A stretch of DNA of 64,000 nt. Source: Catajapyx aquilonaris (taxonomy: Eukaryota). Below are positions 63,906-64,000 of this stretch, piece after piece. The stretch lies in NCBI GenBank assembly GCA_000934665.2, contig KZ538053.1, positions 62,001 through 126,000 on the forward strand, given 5' to 3'. Both the position numbers and the translations under genes were made by a program. Within the stretch, counting starts at the first letter, position 1. Every line of letters begins with the position of its first letter. A model generated the notes under the pieces. The model saw nothing but the letters and a program-made list of their open reading frames with translations. It did no database searches and was not told where the DNA came from.

Positions 63906-64000
63906 GAATGAGAGAAAATGGCGACGATGGGTTGATGAGGTGTTGGTTCACACAATATCTCCTAACATCTATCGGAATGTGAAGGAATCACTTCAAGCAT
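63906..64000 (+). CDS. PTGES2: Prostaglandin E synthase 2, exon 4 (truncated by window end)
   Basis: TGTAG| ERKWRRWVDEVLVHTISPNIYR, the conserved mPGES-2 motif, after a 52-nt intron. Confidence 0.95.

Overview
Eukaryotic, almost certainly arthropod (insect-like) genomic DNA, AT-rich and dense in transposable elements. I can support two spliced protein-coding genes, both on the + strand. The first is an 8-exon, ~571-aa coiled-coil gene (39768-48404) that resembles a divergent CCDC151/ODAD3 outer-dynein-arm docking protein. The second is the 5' part of prostaglandin E synthase 2 (PTGES2/Su(P); exons from 54176, running off the window end), whose 8.9-kb first intron is a nest of mobile elements. 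A probable non-coding first exon with a CRE/TATA promoter of a third, leftward gene lies at ~14.3-14.65 kb. The rest is TE-derived: four SINE families, Helitrons, mariner/Harbinger/hAT relics, many MITEs with readable TSDs, two solo LTRs and microsatellites. I see no clearly new biological system. The best leads are a 3' tail shared by three SINE families, an exon-like host-gene fragment carried inside a DNA transposon, a structured RTE 5' leader, and a duplication-inversion at 19-20 kb. All family assignments are from recognition by eye, not database searches.
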